DNA of 64,000 nucleotides from the human T2T-CHM13v2.0 reference genome, Homo sapiens. The notes below the pieces were generated by a model. That model ran no database searches. It had not been told where the DNA came from and was given only the letters and a program-made list of their open reading frames with translations. The DNA lies in NCBI RefSeq assembly GCF_009914755.1, contig NC_060926.1; one strand, 5' to 3'. A program made the translations under genes and the position numbers. Positions 52,565-64,000 of this stretch are shown here, in pieces; position 1 is the first letter of the stretch, and each line of letters opens with the position of its first letter.

Positions 52565-54227
52565 TTAAAACAGAACTATGACCCAGCAATCTCATTCCTG
52601 GGTATATATTCAAAGGAAAATAAATCATTCTACCAAAAAGATACATGAACTCATGTTCATCACAACAGTATTCACAATAGCAAAGACAGGGAATCAACTG
52701 AGATGCCCGTGAACAGTGGATTAGATAAAGAAAATGTGGTACATAAATACCATAGGATACTATGCAGTCATGAAAAAGAATGAAATCATGTCTTTTGCAG
52801 CAATGTGGATGCAGCTGGGGTTCATTATCCTAAGCGAATTAACACGGGAACAGAAAAATAAATACTGCCATGTTCTTACCTATAAATGGGAGCTAAACAT
52901 TGAGCATACATCAGCATAAAGAGGGAACAATGGGTACTGGAGACCACCAGAGGGGAAGAAGGGAGTGGGACAAGGGCTGAAAAACTCTTATTAGTTACTG
53001 TGCTTGCTGCCTGGGTGATGGGTTCATCCATACCTCAAACCTCAGCATCACACAATGTTTCCATGTAGCAAACCTGCACATGTACCTCCTGAATCTAAAA
53101 GAAAAGTTGAAATAATTAAAAAAAAAAAAACCCTCATTATGAAAGCCTATTTAATGACAGAGAAAAGCTCACTGCAAAATAGAAAAAGAAATAAATTTTC
53201 GAAAGAAAACTATATATAGTACACAAAAAATAGAGAAAATGCACAATAAAATATTAACTGTAGTTGTCTCTGAGTGGTGGAGATGTGAATAATTTTGTTT
53301 TCTTTAAAACTTTTCTACATTTTCCAAATGTCTCTGAGAATTATGTATTATTTCACAAAGTAATAATAACTGGCATGAAAATTCTCTGAAAATTTAACAA
53401 TTAGCTCTTGCATGCTGACACGAGCTGGCTCCAGTACACCAGTAGGCCTGAAAATAACTTGGTTAAGTTTTTTGCTAAGAGGCAGAAATAAGAATCAAGA
53501 TATGAGTTACATCACATAATAGGAAAATAAAGATCGTGAATTATTGGAACCTATAACTGAGTGGCTTGTGGAAGTTACACTTGCTACATTTCTTTATCAA
53601 GGTGTCCCAAAATAGAATAAAAATTGCTGGCTTAAAGCTCGAAGCTTGGTAAGATGTGCCCTTGTCAATTTAAAACAATACAAACAACCAGTAATTCCAT
53701 GAGAAAAAAAAAATCTTGTGTATTAGTGTATTGTTTGCTGGTGTGATGAAATGCCTACTATCATTTTGAAATTATTAGACAGTATTCATTTCTCTGCCCA
53801 TTCTCTACTTGCCAGGAGCAGAGTCTACAATTTACAGCATCAGCTGCTTAGTTTATAATCTTGATTGAGGTCATTTAATTTGAAATTAAATCAAGCAAAA
53901 TAAATAAAGGCAAGATTCTACTGAGCATGTACATTACAACTATGACTATACAAATACCACCCGGTAAGAATAAATGGAACTAACTCTGAAAATTTTACTT
54001 GTCTTCAATGGCTTTCAAAGGGTCAGAGGAATATACGGTATTATAAGATGTAAACATTTCCTTTGAAGATCTATAGAGTAAATATCTAGTTGTCAAGCTA
54101 AATTGCTGAAGAAATGGGGGGGTTCCATCCAAAATTTGTGAGGAAGATAATAAAGTAATAGCAGCTTCTTTTGAAAGCACATTTTTGACCTACTTTATAA
54201 ATTCCTATACTATGTTTCTCCTGGGCC

Positions 54228-54241
54228 ACACTAGAGGGCGA
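54228..54241 (+). promoter_or_regulatory. Candidate CTCF motif
   Basis: acactagagggcga versus consensus CCACYAGRKGGCRC; core matches, both end positions mismatch. Confidence 0.35.
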
Positions 54242-55791
54242 ACTTTCCCTTCTCTAGAAATCTTCCTAACCTGTGTCCTTTCAAAGGGACGCATTTTTCT
54301 AAGGAAGGTTGTTAATCTCCAGGAAATCTTAAAGACAATCAAGTAGGTTCAGTTAAAACAATCAGAATTAGCGGACTCCAGGAGAGAGCTTATTTACAAA
54401 GCAGAGGACAGTTTAAAGCAAAATGAAAGGAAAACAGAAAACAAAAACCCCTGTCCTCTATCAATTACTAATACATTTTATACCTTGCACTTTATAAAGT
54501 GTGTTATGAATATTGTCTCTCCACATTCTCTCAGAGACCATATGTAATATTTTAGTCCATTTTCAAGCTGAGAAGCTGAGAAAATTGAAGCTCAGTGGTT
54601 TCAAGAGACTCGCTCAAGGTCAAACCGGTTTAAGGCAAGCAACCGAATCTAGTTATGATTTGAACTAATTTCTTCTTTCTTAAAGTTTGGCTCATTGAAG
54701 ACCCAAGGTCTGTGGCATATGCAATGAGCCAGACTTGAAGAACTGTAGCTTTTCATGAAAAAACTCAGGACATCCCAGGGCAACAGCCCAGCTCGACATT
54801 CTCAGATGAACAAACTAGACTCTGGCTATCCCCACTTTGTAAGAAGAGCTAATGAGCAGAAACTTTCCATGACATCTGTACTCTCCTAAGGCTATGATTA
54901 AATCATTGACTTAAAATATTGCAAGTATGACACATTTGATTATTTTGCCCCTGGAAAAAATATTATAGGATATGCACTAATTTATTTACTTACATTAAGT
55001 AAAGATTTATAAAGAAGCTCTTTAAGTTACAATCCAAATTAAGAGAAAATATAAATTAGAATGTGATTACCTAAGTCACAGAAGGTCCCTTGCTTTCAAA
55101 AGGATTCGCTCCAGGGTTCCTTTGAACTGAGAGCTGCCCAGCTGTATGTTAAATGAGCCCATTTACAGTACAAGGGCTCAATTTACATAGAAATGCCCAG
55201 AAACAGAGCTGTCACACAAAGTGAAAGGCATCTGCACTGTACTTTGTGTTAGCAGGAAGATTTAAATATATAGAAAATACCAGGCGGGAGAACATCTATC
55301 TATGGTTGAGCTTGAATCCACCTCCAGCCCTCTGTTAGCTCACAAATCAGGAGGCGGAAATGATTCTCCAGGTTCTTCTGGTTCCTTCTCTTGCTCCCAG
55401 TTGCCGAGGTATTGATCCTGCTATTAAAGTTGTCGGAAATTTCCACAGCTTCCCACAGAAGTCCCCATTCTCCTCCACATCAGCACATTCCGCATGTGAC
55501 CCAAAGTGTAGCAGGTGCCTGAAGCTGATTAAAGAAAAGACAGTCTCCCGCTTCATGGACTTTAAATTCCCCTGATGAAAAGGGAATGCACATGTGCCTT
55601 CTCAAGCCACCAATAACAGCTGAAAAACGACAGGTGAGATCGAATGATTTAATAACGTGTTCCTCTGTTTCTCTTCTGCAAATACTCAGGGGCATATTAG
55701 GCATTGTGTTTTGTTTCCCCTCTTTGTAGAGGGTTTGTGGACAGGTACGTGGGAAAGGAAGTGAGGGAAAAAAAAAAAAAGAACAGACAAG

Positions 55792-56086
55792 TGGCTCAGT
55801 GCAGTGGCTTACTCCTGCAATCCCAGCAATTTTGGAGGCTGAGCGGGGAGGACCACTTGAGCCCAGGAGTCTGAGAACAGCCTGGGCAATATAATGAGAC
55901 CCTGTCTCTACAAAACGTTAAAAAATTAGCCAGGTGTGGTGACATACCTGTGGTCCCACCTACTCAGGAGGCTGAAGTGGGAGGATTGCTTGAGCCCAGG
56001 AATTTGAGGCTGCAGTGAGCCATGATTGTGTCACTGCACTCTATCCTGGGTGACAGAGTGGACCCTGTCTTTAAAAAAAAAAAAAA
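55792..56086 (+). mobile_element. AluJ
   Basis: 'cacttgagcccaggag', 'gaggattgcttgagcccagg'; A tail. Confidence 0.95.
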
Positions 56087-56683
56087 GAAAAACAGAGGTT
56101 TCTGAGGACAGGTTAGAAATTTATTTACTTTCTACTTATTTGATTATGTATTTGTGTATGTATTTATTTATCGCCTCATTCTAAAAAGAAATTTGCAGCA
56201 GCAAATGATATTATAAAATAGAATGTCAATATAAAAATAGAAAACCAGAGGGAAGGAGAGAAAAGGAAATTAAGATAAGGGAAATAATGGTATTTCAATA
56301 ACATGCAATAATACATTTGGTAGAGTTCTGCCAAAATATTTCTACAGCACCTTGATCTTTGAAAATCCAGGCAGGTTTTAAAAATCCAGAATGGGTTCAG
56401 TTCTCAGAAATCCATTCAAAAAGGAGAAACAAGGTATGTCGCACAATTTACATCAGATTACAAAGCAGATCAGCTAGCTCTTTAAGAGAGGCATTTTTGT
56501 CTCAGCTAGCCTCTGATAAATTTTTTCCCTCTATTCTCAACTTGTGGGCAACGCCACCCCTAACAATAAATTCAACAGCAGATTTGGGGGCCAGTGGCTT
56601 ATAAATTCTCTCAAAATAGACAAATGGCTCAAGAACAAACCCCAGCCTAAGACAGGAGGTATGTTAGGGATAAAAGCAATGTA

Positions 56684-56995
56684 GGCCGGGTGTGGTGGCT
56701 CATGCCTGTAATCCTAGCAGTTTGGGAGGCTGCCGCAGGCAGATCACAAGGTCAGGAATTCGAGACCAGCCTGACCAACATGGTGAAACCCTGTCTCTAC
56801 TAAAAATACAAAAATTAGCCGGGTGTGGTGGTGCACACTTGTAATCCCAGCTACTAGGGAGGCTGAGGCAGGAGAATCACTTGAACCCGGGAGGCAGAGG
56901 TTTCAGTGAGCCAAGATTGCACCACTGCACTCCAGCCTGGGTAACAGAGCGAGACTCTATCTCAAAAAAATAAAATAAAATAAAATAATAAAAAA
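56684..56995 (+). mobile_element. AluSg-like
   Basis: Full dimer; 'gatcacaaggtcagg'; (TAAAA)n tail. Confidence 0.96.
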
Positions 56996-57022
56996 GTGCA
57001 CAGTAGAGGCTAAGCAATGTCA

Positions 57023-57565
<543 letters not shown>

Positions 57566-57874
57566 AGTCAAGAAGAGGACAATACCTGGAATTTACATGA
57601 AAACCCAGGAGGAAGGGTATAAGTGGATATCCAGTAGTTAAACAACCTTGGTGTCTAAGAGGAACTGTGCTGATACATGGGGCTTCCTGACATTTTTCCG
57701 ACGTACTCTGTTCCAGTGCTTTGCACAGAACACACAGTGTTCACAGCCGGGAGACCAGCTAGGAGGCCTCAGCTGCTATGGGCACCACCTGGCTGCTCCC
57801 TGGGGATCAGTACTGTGACCCCATTTTAATGTGGTACTGTAGGAAGTCTTGCTAATGGAACGACTGCCCCTGAC

Positions 57875-58616
57875 TAAAACTGACTTCGCAAAGATTATGA
57901 CAGTGAGATAAGTCTGGCCTGGGCTCACTCCATCTCGCTTCTAGCCTCACAGGCTGGCTGCCCTCACTTATCCCTGGGCATAGGCCAAGCTACTCAGGGG
58001 AGGAATTTATAGTCTAACTTTAAAGCAAGGATGATAATAGTCTCACCCTAAAACTAACTCCTCCTTGTTCAGTGGCTGAAAACACCTTTGTAAGACTAAT
58101 GAAGAGCCACAAGATTAGGATTCTGGTAGGGGCCTGAATTCTGCTACACTGTAGGCTTAATTTCTATAATCCCTTACTGTAGAGGAGTCACATGGCCAGA
58201 GGTCACAAGATTTGTGACTTTCTCAGTTGTTCATATAAATAACATCACTATTACAGAACATAAGATTGGCCTTTTCAGATGTTTTTCAGACTGACCCCAC
58301 CTAGACTTGTGACTCACGACTTAACCAGTCCTGTGCACCCCCTACCACACAAAGGTGGACTTAGTGTATAAGGACCGTTTCCCACACTCGTATGATTCTC
58401 AACCAATCAGCAGCACCCATTACCTAGTCCCCTGCCCACCAAACTATCCTTGAAAAACCCTAACCTCTGAGCCTTCGGGAGACTGATTTGGGTAATAACT
58501 GTCTTCCACATGGGCAGACTCCCGTTAATTCAACTCTTGCTTTACTGCAAGATCACAGTCTCAGTGAACTGGTTTTGTCTGTGCAGCACACAGGAATAAC
58601 CCATCACCTGATTACA
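57875..58616 (+). mobile_element. LTR8B/LTR8A-like (ERV1) solo LTR
   Basis: 'cgcaaagattatgacagtgag...ctccatctcgcttctagcctcacaggctggctg' through '...ttaca'; about 742 bp; CCAAT at about 58403. Confidence 0.8.
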
Positions 58617-59019
58617 CAACCACTGAACAAGAAGACTTGGGTTCAAGGCTACCTTTGGTCAGCCATTTTCTCTAAGAAAGAACACAGTCAAAGTACAGAA
58701 CACTGTGGAACACAGAAGAAAGCGAAAACTAATGGAGACATTTGGGAGGTAGTATTTAAACTGAACCTTCAAAAAATAAAACATATGTTATTTTTCACTA
58801 AGCAAGCAACAGTGTTCCTCAAGGGAAGAGGGCTTTACCTATCCTCTTAATCTCTGTGCTCACTTCTAGACTGGCCTAGCACAGGATAGATGCTCAGTGC
58901 TGTGATTCAACAAGTGTTCACTGAATGCTCATCAAGCTCTACCTGATTTAAATGGTGACCCAGATGATGTCCTGTGGCAGATTCTGGAGAGGTTGCAGGT
59001 AGAGTTAGCATCGTAGGTG

Positions 59020-59169
59020 ACATCAGCACTTGCCCAGGCCCCCGGCTTAGAAGGCCCTGCACTTAGTTTAGTAACCTGCTGCCGCCATCTTGAAATTTTT
59101 GTTAATTTGTGAACAGGAGGCCTGCGTTTTCCTTTTGCACTGACTGCACAAATTATGCAGCCATCCCTG
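59020..59169 (+). mobile_element. MER91A-like hAT-Tip100 MITE
   Basis: 'gccatcttgaaatt...ttttgcactgactgcacaaattatgcagccatccctg'. Confidence 0.65.
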
Positions 59170-59899
59170 GCTGTAGCTGTTAGGTTTTGCCAGCAGATAC
59201 TATCACGCCCTGTGAAGGTACTGACAGGGTGTTTCAGAGTTTTTGACAAGTACCCATTTTCCAAATAGAAGAGGCATCCTATGAATTGCCTGTACAATAA
59301 AAGACAGCCTGAAATAAAAATGTGTTTCTTAGATTAGACAGTCTTCTTGCAACAGTCCTACAATCCTGGTGAGAATCTTTTAATGATGAAGAGCTTAAAT
59401 GCTTTACAATTTTCCCACCATGAATTTTTTCCCATGTTGTACCCTTCTCTTCCACCCAAGTCTTAGGAGAGTTCCCAAAAATTTCACCTTCCTTTTTGTT
59501 TTAAAAGGATAGATAATCTTTCCACAGCCTTTACTGATTGCAAACTCCTTGAGAAAAGAGTTGCATTTTCTAGCCTTTTGCATCCCACACTGCTAAGGGT
59601 CATATTACACACACAGAGATCAATCAATAATACTATGGTCTTATAATTGCATCCCTTTGCATGTTAAAAACACACTTATATAAATTGTCTCATCTGATGA
59701 TTACAATAATCCCATGGGTTTTCAGGGCAGGTATTTATTCTCTTTCTCCAGATTAGGAAACCAAAAATTAGAGCAACGTTTAATAACCGCCTCTACTTAC
59801 ACTTGTGACTTCTAGATCGAGGTTTCTAATTCTGAAATTGAAAAAGAAAATCATTTACTCTCTATGTATTTATGTATTCATTTATTTGTTCATGTATTT

Positions 59900-60250
59900 A
59901 TTGAACCTTTGACCTATATATCCACCCCTTTCTGGAATCTCCACTTGAATGCCTAAATGGCAGGCCCCACTCAACACCTACCAAACCAAACGTATCATTT
60001 TCCGCCCTCTCTCTGCCCCACCTTGCTTAAACCTGCTCCTCTGAGAGTCTGTTCGCTAATATCATCACCTTCCTCCTAATTGCCCAAGCCAGATACCTAG
60101 CTATCATCCTCCACCCAACCCCTGCTCCAATTTACCAGTCCCAGTGGAGGTCCAAATCCTGCCGATTATTTCCTGTCTATCGCTTAGGAAGCCAGAGCCT
60201 AGCACAGGATCTGGCACACAATGGTGTCTTCATATATTTTGATTGAACTA
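59900..60250 (+). mobile_element. L2 fragment (approximate)
   Basis: 'atctccacttgaatgcct', 'cctagcacaggatctggcacac', 'atatttgattgaa'. Confidence 0.55.
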
Positions 60251-60670
60251 AATTAAGTCCTCTTGGGCAGCACTGGTAGCCAAAGTGACTTCCCAGGCCA
60301 ATGCTCTGGCTTCTTTCCTGGCTGGGGAAGAATCAGTGCTCCTGGATCTCATCTGTCACCCAACTCTCTCACAGGTGGAGGCCAGGTGAGAAAGCCTGAG
60401 AAAGGAAACCTGTCTCCCCCAGCACATGTAGCTTCCGGAGGAGAAAGAAATCATCTCACACAAATATTTCTGTCTTGCACTCAGGCCCTTTCACTTTTGT
60501 CTTCCAATTCTTTAGTTGTTGTTTCTTTAGTTCTTGTTGTTGCTGTTGTTTTATGTTGACATTTCTCTTCACACCAGCATCACTACCCTCAAAGCCATGG
60601 AGAAATCTGGCTATCCTACAGTCCCAAAATGCCCCCATGTCTAGGAATTTTCAGACAAGGCAAGCCAGAC

Positions 60671-60913
<243 letters not shown>

Positions 60914-60982
60914 CCAGACATATTTAAATGGGGGAAAATCCCAAGAGACGGCCACAGAATGAATAAAAGTAAAACTTAAAAT

Positions 60983-61076
60983 AAAATAGTAAAAGAAAGC
61001 AAGAATATTCTATCCTGGGGCCTCAAACTTTTTGGAGGTCCCAGGATAGAATATTATTGCTTTCCTTTACTATTTT
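60983..61076. repeat. Inverted repeat: 42-bp arms (39/42 paired), 10-nt loop
   Basis: Arm 60983-61024 is the reverse complement of arm 61035-61076 with 3 mismatches. Confidence 0.95.
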
Positions 61077-61244
61077 TCATTGTTTCTTTTCCAGTCTGTT
61101 TATATTTTTCTATTTAAAATCTCTTTCACACAAACACACACACACAGTCACTTACAGCACCTGCTGAAGCAACTTAACTAAAAATCAACAAAAGGAACTT
61201 GCCTATAACCTATAGGTAGTAACTTACCACACTTACCTACTTTC

Positions 61245-61796
61245 CTTTTCTTTTTTCTTTTTTTTTAAATTATACTTTAAGTTCTGGGTTACATGTGCAG
61301 AACGTGCAGGTTGGTTACATAGGTATACACGTGCCATGGTGGTTTGCTGCACCCACCAACCCGTCATAAATTAGGTATTTCTCCTAATGCTATTCCTCTC
61401 CTAGCTCCCCCACCCCCTGACCTGTGGGGGTGTGTGATGTTCCCCTCCCTGTGTCCATGTGTTCTCATTGTTCAACTCCCACTTATGAGTGAGAACATAT
61501 GGTGTTTGGTTTTCTGTTCCTGTGTTAGTTTACTGAGAATGATGGTTTCCAGCTTCATCCATGTCCCTGCAAAGGATATGAACTCATTCTTTTTTGTGGC
61601 TGCAGAGTATTCCATGATGTATATGTGCCACACTTTCTTTATCCAGTCTATCATTGATGGGCATTTGGATTGGTTCCAAGTCTTTGCTATTGTGAACAGT
61701 GCCACAATAAACATATGCGTGCATGTGTCTTTATAGTTGAATGATTTATAATCCTTTGGGTATATACCCAGTAATGGGGTTGCTGAGTCAAATGTA
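61245..61796 (-). mobile_element. 5'-truncated L1 3' end (L1PA7-like)
   Basis: Reverse L1 3'UTR and ORF2 tail; TSD acttacctactttc (61231-61244 / 61797-61810). Confidence 0.93.
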
Positions 61797-63599
61797 ACTT
61801 ACCTACTTTCTTCCAGGGCAGAAGACATGTAAGAACTTTATTCTTTAGTTCCGGGCCACTCTCTGGCCCCTGTGTGTCACCTAGCCCCTCCTCCCCCTGG
61901 ATGTTTAGAAGGCAATCTAACACTGAGCACAAGCAGGACAGAGATGGTGGCAGATTCCTCTAATGCAAAGACAAGAACCTACAAAATATCCCCATAATGA
62001 AGAAAAGATTGCCCTAAGCTCTTGGCACTGAGAATGAGACATTAAATTACAGGGAAGTATAGGGGTCCCCACGTGAAGTTGGGGAGAGGGCTTGAAGCTT
62101 TCAAGCATTAGCAGATATAAAGAAAAAATACATGTGAAAGGGCCTTGGCCAAAGTGGGATGGTGGAAGAGAAATGCAAGGCAGATTCTAGTGCCCCATCC
62201 CAACACTCAGAAGATACCCAGGGTCTCCAAAAAATGAGCAGCCAGCCTCAGAGCTCAGAGTTAAAATGAACACAAAGTGCATGGCATTTGCTTTCTTAGA
62301 ATGCTAAAATGCACTGCATTGGGCTCCTGTAACTTCTCTCTAGGAAACATCGGGAAAACACACACACTATAATTTACACACAGCAAAGTTCACAGTGAAA
62401 CCCAAGAAACGCAACAACTAAAATGCTTAAGCCACAATTTAGGTTGGAGGTTATGGAGGAGCACGCATGGCATTACAGAAAGAGATTGTAGTACAAGGAG
62501 GCAGCATTTTGACAACCCTGAGCCCAGGGCCTGGTACATCGTAAGCCCTCAATGCATGCCAGCTCTCTGTCTCTCCTTCACCGTAGGGAGCCTGACTTTC
62601 TCAGCCAGCAACCAGTCTATACCAAGTGAAGCAACTGCCTGCTCTGGCAAAGAGGGTTTAGGGCACCTTTTTGTCTTTGCAGGCAGAGTGGAGAGAGGCC
62701 ATTTTTGGGCTGTTTTGAGAATGCAACAACTGGGATAATTTTTCAGAATGCATTGAAGGACACCCACACCTTTTGGTATTTCAGTGTTGCAATGACCTAC
62801 ACAGAAGCCCATGGGAAAAGAACAGTGCTGAAATCTGTACCTTATAGTGTAAACTTTGAGTAATATCAAGAGGCTAAATTATCTGCATGAGTCACGCTGC
62901 AGTACAAATCAGAGAGTGACACCAAAGCAGATTAAAAGACAAGCAGAAGGAAATGATCTGAATAGACACAGAACAGAGACACACTCACCTTTTAGCTCCT
63001 CCAGGCTTAAAGATTCATCAGTACTTTGTGGAGAGTTAACACGAGTATCACCCCTGTTTTGCAGTATGCATTGTATCATGTGTCATACACAAATAGCAAA
63101 TAAATATATGATATATATTTATATTTTATATAGTTTAATATATACTTAAAATATACATTTGAAGGATATCTGAATATAGCATATATAAATTATGCTGGTA
63201 CAAATTATGTATGGAAACTCATTCCATGGAGTGGTTTCTGTTTGGCCTAACTAATCCCTCTCTACAGAACACCTTGCGGTATTATTAAGCAGTGGTACCT
63301 GAGGCCCACTTGAGGACTGAACTCAAGATGTGGATACTCAGAGAAAACAAACAAGGAACACACAGTACAGAATTCTCCTTACCCAGGCCCTGCCTGTCAC
63401 ACCTTCACATAATGCTGGGTGTGACAAAGCATTATGAAACCAAAGGCTTCAGGAAAGCAACACCTGCGCAGAGTCACCTGGCAGCAAGAAGTAATGACGC
63501 CTGCTCTTTCTTCCAGTGTATTTTGTCTGAGATTTTTGAGCTGAACAGCAAGGAAGAGGCCCAATGAGGGTAGTCCTCATTCTCTTTTTCTTTTTCTTT

Positions 63600-64000
<401 letters not shown>

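Larger units (their letters stand above)
50935..53130 (+). mobile_element. Older primate L1 (L1PA16-like) 3' part, interrupted by an Alu and MER85
   Basis: Degenerate ORF2 C-terminus; 3'UTR 'aaacctcagcatcacacaat...aaacctgcacatgtacc...gaatctaaaa'. Confidence 0.88.

Noticed and set aside
53999-54070. Possible 72-nt minus-strand exon (SSKEMFTSYNTVYSSDPLKAIED)
   Set aside because: The donor CAA|GTAAAA is weak, I do not recognise the peptide, and no partner coding exons were found
55330-55700. GC-richer unique block with short overlapping ORFs
   Set aside because: No frame stays open between credible splice sites and no protein similarity is recognisable; it may be regulatory but this is unsupported

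Overview
Primate (human/great-ape-like) non-coding genomic DNA, either intronic or intergenic and dominated by interspersed repeats. I cannot support any host protein-coding gene or structural RNA gene, and I cannot name the locus. The main element is a full-length L1PA2-type LINE-1 (13692-19723, 18-bp TSD). Its ORF1 is intact. Its ORF2 is still in frame but carries Y115C, W899* and C1147S. Its antisense ORF0 is shortened by a substitution that also turns the ORF0 splice donor into the consensus CAG|GTGAGT. The window also holds a 5'-truncated L1PA4-type copy, older L1/L2/MIR/L3 pieces, about 17 Alus (including an AluYd-type copy), solo LTRs (THE1, MLT1A nested in LTR16-like, MLT2A1, LTR8B-like), a decayed class III ERV pro-pol relic and a piggyBac MER85 MITE. 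In unique sequence there is a 106-bp tandem duplication (29389-29600) and a 94-nt near-perfect hairpin (60983-61076). No new biological system is demonstrable. The best leads are the L1 antisense-promoter/ORF0 splice configuration and the hairpin. Subfamily names come from remembered consensus sequences, and the boundaries of old repeats are approximate.
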